Virus record (IMG/VR): IMGVR_UViG_2541047933_000001
DNA length: 41,008 bases
Reading direction: 5' to 3' (one strand)
DNA from: a virus
Lineage: Duplodnaviria > Heunggongvirae > Uroviricota > Caudoviricetes
Below are positions 34,122-41,008 of the stretch, piece after piece (positions within the stretch are counted from its first letter, which is position 1; every line of letters begins with the position of its first letter). A program made the position numbers and the translations under genes. The notes under the pieces were generated by a model. The model was not told the origin of the DNA. It saw only the letters and a program-made list of their open reading frames with translations, and ran no database searches.

Positions 34122-34135
34122 AATCAAGGTGATAT

Positions 34136-34558
34136 ATGGAAGAACAAGCAAACAAGATTCTCGTAGAACTTCTGCAAAAAGCCAGTAATGGAATAGACGC
34201 GGCTGTTTCATTTAGCCAGGCACAGATTCCTGATGTTGTTCGTCAGTTGCTAACATGGAGTTTTGTCCATAGCGCACTTTTCCAAGTGGCTGGGTTGTTG
34301 CTTTTAATTGCAGCAATGAAACTTCCTAGTTTTGCAAGAACGGCAAGAAATAATGGCGAGAGATGGACGTCTTTAGATGGATGTCCAAACGATAGATATT
34401 TTATATCTTCGTTTTATTACGATATATGCACTGTATTTGCTCCTATATTTGGCTCAATTATTGGCGTTTTAATTATTGCCTTCAATTTCGAATGGTTGAA
34501 GATTTGGCTTGCACCTAAGTTATTCCTAATTGAATATGCAGCATCATTGGTTAAGTAA
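34136..34558 (+). CDS. Small membrane protein (two predicted TM helices), moron; candidate superinfection-exclusion function
   Basis: 140-aa ORF with hydrophobic segments ALFQVAGLLLLIAAM and FAPIFGSIIGVLIIAF; AT-rich; bracketed by terminator plus promoter upstream and a strong terminator downstream. Confidence 0.6.
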   Translation: MEEQANKILVELLQKASNGIDAAVSFSQAQIPDVVRQLLTWSFVHSALFQVAGLLLLIAAMKLPSFARTARNNGERWTSLDGCPNDRYFISSFYYDICTVFAPIFGSIIGVLIIAFNFEWLKIWLAPKLFLIEYAASLVK

Positions 34559-34562
34559 TTTC

Positions 34563-34588
34563 AGGCCGCATAGTCGGCCTTTATTTTT
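34563..34588 (+). terminator. Rho-independent terminator after the membrane-protein moron
   Basis: AGGCCG-CATAGT-CGGCCT hairpin followed by a T-rich run (TTATTTTT). Confidence 0.8.
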
Positions 34589-34747
34589 GGCATAAACAAC
34601 AGAATAAACACTGCACTGTGTATTCATTCCAACGAGTGAATACACGGAGCAATGTCGCTCGTAACTAAACAGGAGCCGACTTGTTCTGATTGTTGGAAAT
34701 CTTCTTTGCCCTCCAGTGTGAGGGCAATTTTTTTTGATGGAGGATAT

Positions 34748-35098
34748 ATGAGTGAAGTAACAGATTTAGTTGTTATTGAAAAAGCAAATGCAATGACTGT
34801 ATTTCAGTCTGCCGACCAGATTGAAGAAATTCTCCAAAAGGTTGAACGTGAAGTTATGTCATTTGTGCCTGATATCACAACGGCAAAGGGCAGAAAGGAG
34901 ATCGCTTCTCTGGCGTATAAAGTTGCGCAGACGAAAACATATCTCGATGGTCTTGGCAAAGACCTTGTTGCTGAACTGAAGGAAATTCCAAAGCTAATTG
35001 ATGCCAACCGCAAGACAGTGCGCGATCGCCTTGATGAACTGAAAGCCAAGGCGCGCCAGCCTCTTACTGATTATGAGGAAGAATCAGGCGCGGATTAA
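34748..35098 (+). CDS. Hypothetical protein, possibly the 5' part of a frameshifted gene
   Basis: 116-aa ORF from ATG at 34748 with GGAGG RBS; ends 26 nt inside the start of the next ORF in a different frame. Confidence 0.45.
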   Translation: MSEVTDLVVIEKANAMTVFQSADQIEEILQKVEREVMSFVPDITTAKGRKEIASLAYKVAQTKTYLDGLGKDLVAELKEIPKLIDANRKTVRDRLDELKAKARQPLTDYEEESGAD

Positions 35099-35717
35099 AG
35101 CCGAAGAAGAAGCTAAGGCAGCAGCTGAAGCTCTCGCAAAGCAAATTGAGTCTGACCATGAAATAGCGATTTTGATGGATCGCGAATTTGACCGCCAAAG
35201 AGAAGAGGCAAGACTCAAAGCGGAGCAGGAAAAGCGAGAGCATGAAGAACGATTAAAAAGAGAAGCTGAAGAGAAAGCCAGAGCAGAAGCCGAAGCAAAG
35301 GCAAAAGCCGAAATTGAAGCAGCAGCAAGGCGAGAAGCAGAAGCTAAGGCCGCAGCGGAACGTGCAGAGCGTGAACGCATTGAAGCCGAGCAACGAGCAC
35401 AGCGCGAAGCAAAAGAGGCAGCAGAACGAGCTGAAAGAGAAAAGCAGGCAGCAATTGAAGCAGAACGCAGAAAAGCACAGGAGGAGGCTGAACGAATCCG
35501 TCGCGAGGCTGAAGCAAAAGAGCAAGCCAGAATAGCAGAAGAAAAAAGAATCAAGGACGAAGAAGAGCGTAGAGCAAAGGATAAAGCTCACCGGAAAGAA
35601 GTAAATAACAAAATACTTGCTGACCTTATCAAGGTTGGCGCATCAGAAGATGTTGCTAAAAATATCATAACAGCCATCGTAAAAGGCGAAGTATTCGCAA
35701 CAAAAATAACCTACTAA
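35073..35717 (+). CDS. Glu/Ala/Lys/Arg-rich coiled-coil protein, possibly the 3' part of a frameshifted gene
   Basis: 214-aa ORF with long KAEAEAKAKAEIEAAARREAEAKAAAERAERERIEAEQRAQREAKEAAERAEREK repeats; overlaps the previous ORF. Confidence 0.45.
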   Translation: MRKNQARIKAEEEAKAAAEALAKQIESDHEIAILMDREFDRQREEARLKAEQEKREHEERLKREAEEKARAEAEAKAKAEIEAAARREAEAKAAAERAERERIEAEQRAQREAKEAAERAEREKQAAIEAERRKAQEEAERIRREAEAKEQARIAEEKRIKDEEERRAKDKAHRKEVNNKILADLIKVGASEDVAKNIITAIVKGEVFATKITY

Positions 35718-35741
35718 TAAAACCAACATAAGGAACCACCC

Positions 35742-35873
35742 ATGATTTACGCAATCGCGGGAGGCGCTCGCATGGGTGCCTTCCAACTAAATGAATCTTT
35801 ACTTGAACGAATCACCCGTAAATTACGTGACGGATGGAAAAGAGTTGAGGTCTTATTATGCGCAATGAAATAG
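35742..35873 (+). CDS. cIII: CIII-like protein (FtsH inhibitor family)
   Basis: 43-aa product MIYAIAGGARMGAFQLNESLLERITRKLRDGWKRVEVLLCAMK shares the core ESLLERITRKLRDGWKR with recalled lambda CIII; hand-translated, below the ORF-track cutoff. Confidence 0.75.
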   Translation: MIYAIAGGARMGAFQLNESLLERITRKLRDGWKRVEVLLCAMK

Positions 35874-36010
35874 CCATCAATCACCAGATGCTTCGTGCTG
35901 CACAGAACAAAGCAGTAATAGCCAGATTTATTGGTGATTCCAAAATGTGGCTTGAAGCAAATAAAGCGATGAAATCAGCTATCAACCTTCCGTGGTATCG
36001 CAGGAAATGA
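35858..36010 (+). CDS. kil: Kil-like small protein
   Basis: 50-aa hand-translated ORF ...IARFIGDSKMWLEANKAMKSA... resembles my recollection of lambda Kil (IATFIGDEKMFREA); overlaps the cIII stop. Confidence 0.5.
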   Translation: MRNEIAINHQMLRAAQNKAVIARFIGDSKMWLEANKAMKSAINLPWYRRK

Positions 36011-36165
36011 GTTTTACAGATAACTGGTCAGACGAAGAATTCATTCGTCAGATTAAAGAATTAATCGGTAACGAAGGAGATATTCATGTCACTTGCAACC
36101 ACAGTGAAGGAGAGCAAGTTACAGAGACGCATGTACACGCAGAAAGCTCTCTGGTATCGCCATAA
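36007..36165 (+). CDS. Small hypothetical ORF translationally coupled to kil
   Basis: 52-aa ORF with ATGA overlap to the kil stop; no recognisable motif. Confidence 0.3.
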   Translation: MSFTDNWSDEEFIRQIKELIGNEGDIHVTCNHSEGEQVTETHVHAESSLVSP

Positions 36166-36256
36166 TGGTGACCGCGAAGGAATGCGGGTATGCCTTAATT
36201 TGTCCCGAGTCGAAGTATTAAATCAGCGTTATTTCCTTGGGCCGTGTCCATTCTGA
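36086..36256 (+). CDS. Small hypothetical ORF upstream of erf (alternative to the previous one)
   Basis: 56-aa ORF with strong AAGGAG RBS 8 nt upstream; overlaps the previous ORF in another frame. Confidence 0.35.
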   Translation: MSLATTVKESKLQRRMYTQKALWYRHNGDREGMRVCLNLSRVEVLNQRYFLGPCPF

Positions 36257-36266
36257 GAGCAATCAT

Positions 36267-36872
36267 ATGAGCAAAGAATTTTACGCAAGACTGGCAGCTA
36301 TTCAGGAGAATCTGAACGCGCCAAAGAATCAGTACAACTCATTCGGCAAATATAAATACAGAAGCTGCGAAGATATTCTTGAAGGCGTTAAGCCGTTACT
36401 GAACGGTCTGTTTTTATCAATCAGCGATGAAGTTGTGTTGATTGGTGATCGGTATTACGTGAAAGCCACGGCAACTATTACCGATGGCGAAAACAGTCAT
36501 ACGGCAACCGCTCTTGCACGAGAGGAAGAAAGCAAGAAAGGAATGGATTCTGCACAAGTTACGGGAGCTACAAGCTCTTATGCACGCAAGTATTGCCTCA
36601 ATGGTTTGTTCGGCATTGATGATGCGAAAGATGCAGATACAGACGAGCATAAACATCAGCAGAACGCAGCAGCAAAGCAATCAAAACCATCACTTACACC
36701 TGAACAGGTTCTAAAAGCATTCACTGACGCAGCAATGCAGAAAAACACCGTAGAAGAGCTTAAACAGGCGTTCGCCAAAGCGTGGAAGATGCTCGAAGGG
36801 ACGCCGGAGCAGCACAAAGCGCAGGACGTTTACAACATCAGACGAGACGAATTAGAAGGGGCAACTGCTTAA
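36267..36872 (+). CDS. erf: Erf single-strand annealing recombinase (P22 Erf family)
   Basis: Product MSKEFYARLAAIQENLNAPKNQYNSFGKYKYRSCEDILEGVKPLLNGLFLSISDEVVLIGDRYYVKATATITDGENSH... matches recalled P22 Erf. Confidence 0.9.
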   Translation: MSKEFYARLAAIQENLNAPKNQYNSFGKYKYRSCEDILEGVKPLLNGLFLSISDEVVLIGDRYYVKATATITDGENSHTATALAREEESKKGMDSAQVTGATSSYARKYCLNGLFGIDDAKDADTDEHKHQQNAAAKQSKPSLTPEQVLKAFTDAAMQKNTVEELKQAFAKAWKMLEGTPEQHKAQDVYNIRRDELEGATA

Positions 36873-37255
36873 TGGCACATTCGATTACAGTAAGACTAAA
36901 CAAACCCGCAAGAGAGTTTCAGGGCGGGGAAAATATCGGATTCAACATCCGTGCTGGCGTTCAGTATTACGATCGCCAGACAAAAAAGAAAGAATGGACA
37001 AACTACAGCGCCGTTGTATTTGCCAAGCCGGGAGCGCAAGCGGATTACTATCGTAGCGTTCTGGTTGAAGGAGGCATTGTAGAAATTACCGGAGAAAACA
37101 TCAGGGTTGATGTTTATCAGGGGCAAAATGGTCAATCAATCACTCTTGAATTACTGAATGCAAAGATTGGATTTGCAACTTCAGGAAACAGCCAACAGCA
37201 GCAAAGTAGCAATCATCAAAATAATCCTGAATACGACGATTCCATCCCATTCTGA
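36872..37255 (+). CDS. SSB-like single-stranded DNA-binding protein with C-terminal acidic tip (DDSIPF)
   Basis: 127-aa product from ATG at 36872 (erf stop overlap TAATG); Gln/Ser-rich linker and terminal DDSIPF mimic the SSB C-terminal DDDIPF. Confidence 0.6.
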   Translation: MAHSITVRLNKPAREFQGGENIGFNIRAGVQYYDRQTKKKEWTNYSAVVFAKPGAQADYYRSVLVEGGIVEITGENIRVDVYQGQNGQSITLELLNAKIGFATSGNSQQQQSSNHQNNPEYDDSIPF

Positions 37256-37278
37256 TTTAGAAAAATAAGGATTTAATT

Positions 37279-37575
37279 ATGCCAGCGCCTTTGTATGGTG
37301 CGGATGACCCGCGCCGCTGTTCCGGCAATTCCGTATCGGAGGTGCTGGATAAATTCAGAAAAAACTACGATCGAATAATGTCTCTACCGCAGGAAACGAA
37401 AGAGGAAAAGGAATTTCGCCACTGTATATGGCTTGCAGAGAAAGAAGAACGCGAGCGAATTTACCAGACATCAATCCGACCATTCCGCAAAGCCACATAT
37501 ACCCACTTCCCTGAATATATCGACCCGCGCCTGCGTAATTACCGCTCACGCTATGGCGCTATCAGTAATGACTGA
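37279..37575 (+). CDS. Possible Abc2-like anti-RecBCD protein
   Basis: 98-aa ORF at the position and size of P22 abc2 downstream of erf; sequence identity not verified. Confidence 0.4.
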   Translation: MPAPLYGADDPRRCSGNSVSEVLDKFRKNYDRIMSLPQETKEEKEFRHCIWLAEKEERERIYQTSIRPFRKATYTHFPEYIDPRLRNYRSRYGAISND

Positions 37576-37651
37576 GGAATTTACCATGAGAGGACTTGCT
37601 TAAGAGAAAGAGTTTCGGTTCTGTTAATGACAACAAATATCTGAATGCGAT

Positions 37652-38188
37652 GTGGCGGAGTGGGAAGAAATGAAACAAATGTCACTAATTGAGATGGATG
37701 GTTTTCTGAAAGGTAAATGCATCCCAAGTGATTTAAAGGTTAACGAAACAAACGCTGAATACCTTGTCCGTAAGTTCGGTGAACTTGAATCAAAACTGGA
37801 AACGGCGTTGCGGGAGTGTAGTTCTGCTGGAATCACGATTGATAACCTTGAGGCTAAATGCGCGAAGATGGCTGCTGAAAATACCTCACTTAAGCAATCT
37901 GAGAAGGAATTTAATGACTTTTGTCGTGAGGAGTTTAGCGAATGGGAAGATGATGTTACTGAAACCCCAGCCACCGATGCTTTTCTGGCTGAAGTGCGGG
38001 CGCAGGGGGTGGATGCTGCTATAGAAGCTGCAAAAAATCTGGTGGCCCAAGAATATGAGTATAAGGATTTCAAAGCGGCGCAGAGTGATTGCTGTATGCA
38101 CCCTGGTTCAGACCTGGTAGGGAAGGTTGAAATGACTGAGTGGTTAGTTGACTTTGCTGCCCAGCTTCGCAAAGGAGGCAACCAGTGA
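37652..38188 (+). CDS. Ead/Ea22-like early-region protein
   Basis: 178-aa acidic coiled-coil-rich product typical of Ead/Ea22-like proteins; family assignment from memory. Confidence 0.45.
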   Translation: MAEWEEMKQMSLIEMDGFLKGKCIPSDLKVNETNAEYLVRKFGELESKLETALRECSSAGITIDNLEAKCAKMAAENTSLKQSEKEFNDFCREEFSEWEDDVTETPATDAFLAEVRAQGVDAAIEAAKNLVAQEYEYKDFKAAQSDCCMHPGSDLVGKVEMTEWLVDFAAQLRKGGNQ

Positions 38189-38484
38189 CTGTATGTCTTA
38201 TTGATAAACGTCGACGTGGGCAACAAATACCATCTGTTGAAATGCCGAATCACACATGGTTTTGCGTACTTGATATCGATGGTATGGATACGTTGGTTGA
38301 CACTCGTCATTACTGCGATACCGCAACAGCTACTCCGGCGAAAGCAAAGAAAATGGCTGCTCTGATAGAAAACTGGACTCCACCTGATGGTTGGTGCAAT
38401 GGGAATGATCGAGATTGGCACGAAAAAATGAAGGGCTATATCTGCGATTTTTTACGTAAATGCAACGGCTTCAGGGGGATGTGA
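38185..38484 (+). CDS. Hypothetical protein
   Basis: 99-aa Cys/Trp-containing ORF, start overlaps the upstream stop. Confidence 0.45.
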   Translation: MTVCLIDKRRRGQQIPSVEMPNHTWFCVLDIDGMDTLVDTRHYCDTATATPAKAKKMAALIENWTPPDGWCNGNDRDWHEKMKGYICDFLRKCNGFRGM

Positions 38485-38485
38485 T

Positions 38486-39058
38486 ATGACCAAAATTAAC
38501 TATCAGGCACTGCGTGAGGCGGCAGAACGTGCAATTCCGGCAATGGAACGCCTGTTAATGTTGCCAGTTGATGATGATTTGTTAAGTGAACAGGAACTTA
38601 AGGATTACGGTGTGGATATTGATGCGCTCAACGCCTTCAAATTTCTGACCAGACCAGAAACCGTGCTGGCGCTGCTGGATGAACGGGAAAGAAACCAGCA
38701 ATACATCAAACGCCGCGACCAGGAGAACGAGGAAATTGCGCTAACGGTAGGGAAGCTGCGCGTTGAGCTGGAAGCTGCAGAGAAGCGCATTGCAGAACTG
38801 GAAGCCGAACCTGTAAGCCAAACTTACAAGTTGAACGAGCTGTCGGGCAACTATCCGGTAACTCCGGATGGTTGGATAAGCTGTAGTGAGCGAATGCCCG
38901 CTCAAGATGATTGGATTTTAATTTATTCAAAGCACGGCGAGTATATGGCAGGACAGGTACAAGGGGAATACGTGGAGTTGAGCGACGGCACTTTATCGTG
39001 GTTAGGGAACGCCTTGTACTGGATGCCTCTACCGGAACCGCCGCAGGAGGTTAATTGA
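38486..39058 (+). CDS. DUF551-like early-region protein
   Basis: 190-aa product with C-terminal WISCSERMP...WMPLPEPP segment characteristic of DUF551 proteins. Confidence 0.55.
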   Translation: MTKINYQALREAAERAIPAMERLLMLPVDDDLLSEQELKDYGVDIDALNAFKFLTRPETVLALLDERERNQQYIKRRDQENEEIALTVGKLRVELEAAEKRIAELEAEPVSQTYKLNELSGNYPVTPDGWISCSERMPAQDDWILIYSKHGEYMAGQVQGEYVELSDGTLSWLGNALYWMPLPEPPQEVN

Positions 39059-39342
39059 TGGTCTCCTTCGCGAAATATACGATTATTGACTGGATAGCAT
39101 TCATTCAGGTTTTGCTCATCTGGTTTTATATGGCTTACAGGAGTGGACAGTGGATTGTCAGTGTAGCCTGTAGCAATGGATGGCGTTGGTGGAACCGAAA
39201 GAATAAAAAAGCGCTGGCCTTGGCTTCGTTTTACGAAGCATTCAATCTTAACAGTCTTCAGCCTGGTTCTGTCGTTGTAGTCACCACTCAAAGCGGCATG
39301 ACGATACAAATTCACAAGACAAAGGAGGAAGGTCGTGGCTAA
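39055..39342 (+). CDS. Small hydrophobic hypothetical protein
   Basis: 95-aa ORF with Trp-rich hydrophobic N-terminal half; start overlaps the upstream stop. Confidence 0.4.
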   Translation: MMVSFAKYTIIDWIAFIQVLLIWFYMAYRSGQWIVSVACSNGWRWWNRKNKKALALASFYEAFNLNSLQPGSVVVVTTQSGMTIQIHKTKEEGRG

Positions 39343-39619
39343 CCTGCAACTTGCCGTTAAAGGTGAATACTTCGATGCCATGATTCGCGGAGAGAAAACG
39401 GAAGAGTATCGCCTGTGTAATGACTACTGGAATAAGCGAATTATGTTCCGCGAGTATGACCGCCTGATTATCACAAAGGGATATCCGAAGCGCGACGATT
39501 CCAGCCGCAGAATTGACGTCCCGTATGACGGATATGAAATCAAGACAATCACACATCCGCACTTCGGCGATAAACCGGTAAAGGTGTTCGCTATAAAGGT
39601 GAATATCGACAATGAATGA
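39335..39619 (+). CDS. Hypothetical protein
   Basis: 94-aa ORF overlapping the upstream gene end; no confident domain assignment. Confidence 0.45.
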   Translation: MANLQLAVKGEYFDAMIRGEKTEEYRLCNDYWNKRIMFREYDRLIITKGYPKRDDSSRRIDVPYDGYEIKTITHPHFGDKPVKVFAIKVNIDNE

Positions 39620-39691
39620 TAATCCTCGCACTCGCGGGGATTTCTTTTATCTGAACTCGCTACGGCGGGTTTTGTTTTATGGAGATGATAA

Positions 39692-39859
39692 ATGCACTTC
39701 CGAGTCACAGGTGAATGGAATGGAGAGCCATTCAACAGAGTTATCGAAGCAGAGAACATCAACGACTGCTATGACCACTGGATGCTGTGGGCGCAGATAG
39801 CACATGCAGACGTAACTAATATTCGAATTGAAGAACTGAAAGAACACCAAGCCGCCTGA
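39692..39859 (+). CDS. Small hypothetical protein
   Basis: 55-aa hand-translated ORF (MHFRVTGEWNGEPFNRVIEAENINDCYDHWMLWAQIAHADVTNIRIEELKEHQAA) with GGAGATGATAA-ATG RBS; the overlapping 62-aa ORF-track entry 39612-39800 is less plausible. Confidence 0.35.
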   Translation: MHFRVTGEWNGEPFNRVIEAENINDCYDHWMLWAQIAHADVTNIRIEELKEHQAA

Positions 39860-39872
39860 TGGCGGTTTTTTA
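39851..39872 (+). terminator. Rho-independent terminator ending the early-left operon
   Basis: CCGCC-TGAT-GGCGG hairpin (stop codon in the loop) followed by a T6 run. Confidence 0.7.
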
Positions 39873-39881
39873 TTGCCTGAT

Positions 39882-39897
39882 TTGCAGGTTCGATTCC
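39882..39897 (+). other. 16-nt tRNA T-arm-like fragment (TTGCAGGTTCGATTCC)
   Basis: Matches the T-stem/T-loop consensus GGTTCGATTCC with flanking stem bases; no complete tRNA is present. Confidence 0.4.
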
Positions 39898-39916
39898 CTA
39901 TTCGGAGATAGCACTC

Positions 39917-40117
39917 ATGCAACACGAACTACAACCTGATTCACTGGTTGATTTGAAATTCATCATGGCCGATACTGGCTTCGGTAAAACCTTCATCTAT
40001 GACCGGATTAAGTCCGGCGACCTGCCAAAAGCCAAAGTTATCCACGGGCGAGCAAGATGGTTATATCGTGACCATTGTGAATTCAAAAATAAGCTCTTAA
40101 GCCGCGCCAATGGGTAA
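39917..40117 (+). CDS. torI: Excisionase / recombination directionality factor, TorI (AlpA-family) type
   Basis: 66-aa product MQHELQPDSLVDLKFIMADTGFGKTFIYDRIKSGDLPKAKVIHGRARWLYRDHCEFKNKLLSRANG matches recalled TorI of prophage KplE1; sits at the prophage end next to the att core and host gene. Confidence 0.8.
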   Translation: MQHELQPDSLVDLKFIMADTGFGKTFIYDRIKSGDLPKAKVIHGRARWLYRDHCEFKNKLLSRANG

Positions 40118-40190
40118 AATAGCGGGTAAAATATTTCTCACATCTAAAAAACACCATTCCAATCAATCCCCTGCCGCCTCAAGTAGATGT

Positions 40191-40204
40191 CTGCAGGGAC
40201 ACCA
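40191..40204 (+). other. Putative prophage attachment-site core resembling a tRNA-Arg 3' end (CTGCAGGGACACCA)
   Basis: Sequence resembles the acceptor/T-stem 3' end of argW as recalled; lies between torI and the host LysR-family gene where phage-type content ends. Confidence 0.5.
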
Positions 40205-40303
40205 TTCTTGTGTTTATCCCTAAAACCACGTAAAAACCGTAAATTATTAAATTCGCACTAGCAATGCCGAATAAGGCACACCAGGAACTCGTGGTCTTAT
40301 TCA

Positions 40304-41008
40304 TTATGAAGTGGTTTTTACCTGTTCTCTTAACCAAGTAATAAATGCCTCAATTTTTGGCCACTGCCTGCCCGGTAATGTAGTGATGTAATAATGCTGA
40401 TGGCATTTCACCGTCATATCGCCAAACGGCGCGACGAGCTCACCACTGGCAAGCCTTTTTTGTACCAGACGTTTCCTTCCCATCGCCACCCCAATATGAT
40501 TCATCGCGGCGATAACGGCTAAATCAGAGCGATCAAAGCCAATTCCCGAAGATGTCGGCAAATTAACCGCATAATGTTGCGCCCAACTATGCCATTCATC
40601 CGTACCGGAGTCGTTGCTCCATGCCTGTCTGTCATGGAGCAACGTACAGTGACGCAGGTTAATTACCGTGTTGGTTAAATCATGTCTATGAGCGTACTCC
40701 GGGCTGCAAACTGGCAGGATTTCTTCATCCATCAGAAAGTGATGAGCCAATTGCGCTGACGGCGCATCATCAAAGTAGATCGCCAAATCGATTCCGGCAC
40801 GTTGCAAATTGACATTGTCATTACCAGTGAGCACGGTGAGCGAAATAGACGGATATCGGCGTGTAAAGTCACCTAATGCGGGCACCAACCAGCATTGGGC
40901 GATAGAGGGCCGGGAATACAACGTTAACGTTCCCGATAACTCCTGATTTTTGATATCCAGAATTTCCTGATTCAGGGTATCCAGCGACGATTTTAGCGCC
41001 CAATAAAC
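40304..41008 (-). CDS. dsdC: LysR-family transcriptional regulator, substrate-binding domain (probably dsdC); 5' end lies beyond the window
   Basis: C-terminal LysR effector-domain-like sequence; in E. coli K-12, dsdC flanks the argW-integrated KplE1 prophage next to torI; gene symbol inferred from synteny only. Confidence 0.5.
   Translation of the reverse strand, partial: VYWALKSSLDTLNQEILDIKNQELSGTLTLYSRPSIAQCWLVPALGDFTRRYPSISLTVLTGNDNVNLQRAGIDLAIYFDDAPSAQLAHHFLMDEEILPVCSPEYAHRHDLTNTVINLRHCTLLHDRQAWSNDSGTDEWHSWAQHYAVNLPTSSGIGFDRSDLAVIAAMNHIGVAMGRKRLVQKRLASGELVAPFGDMTVKCHQHYYITTLPGRQWPKIEAFITWLREQVKTTS

Noticed and set aside
33900-34211. 103-aa minus-strand ORF overlapping ral
   Set aside because: Antisense to a gene whose product matches lambda Ral nearly exactly, and spans the terminator and promoter of the adjacent moron.
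35084-35591. Two long minus-strand ORFs (156 and 112 aa)
   Set aside because: Low-complexity Ser/Ala/Cys/Phe-rich translations produced by the antisense of the Glu/Ala/Lys repeat gene; artefacts of the repetitive codons.
37624-38421. 265-aa minus-strand ORF
   Set aside because: Antisense to the Ead/Ea22-like gene and the following ORF; Ser/Cys-rich low-complexity translation, and it runs against the operon direction.
39612-39800. 62-aa ORF-track entry
   Set aside because: No RBS and an odd composition; an alternative 55-codon frame (39692-39859) has a good RBS and ends in the terminator hairpin, so that one is reported instead, at low confidence.
39870-39900. Possible intact tRNA gene near the prophage end
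   Set aside because: Only a 16-nt T-arm-like segment is present; no cloverleaf can be built from the flanking sequence, so it is recorded as a fragment.

Overview
This window is almost entirely a P22-like (Sf6/HK620/CUS-3-type) lambdoid prophage of Escherichia coli; all calls rest on reading the sequence and recalled protein families, with no database search run. From left to right: the 5' end of a phase-variable gene beginning ATG + >=14 AAGACTC heptads (neuO-like, minus strand, runs off the window); an endosialidase-type tailspike gene split after codon 24 by a complete 1954-bp IS100 with a 5-bp target duplication; the immI region (ant, arc, a Zn-ribbon ORF, two tandem mnt-type genes); an AT-rich three-gene module of unknown function at the position where P22 carries sieA; the injection, head and packaging genes (gp16 through terminase); a lambda-type lysis cassette (S, R, Rz/Rz1); Q; the nin region; DnaB-like helicase and an O-like initiator with internal ori iterons; cII, cro, c2 with three operator sites each side; N; ral; a promoter-and-terminator-bracketed membrane-protein moron; cIII, kil, erf, an SSB-like gene and further early-left genes; torI-type excisionase; a tRNA-3'-end-like att core; and a partial host LysR-family gene (probably dsdC). 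No integrase is present in the window, consistent with the KplE1/Sf6 layout where int and xis sit at opposite prophage ends. The best candidate for an undescribed system is the AT-rich three-gene module at 7267-8616; the membrane-protein moron at 34068-34588 is second. Coordinates of small regulatory elements were hand-indexed and may be off by a base or two.
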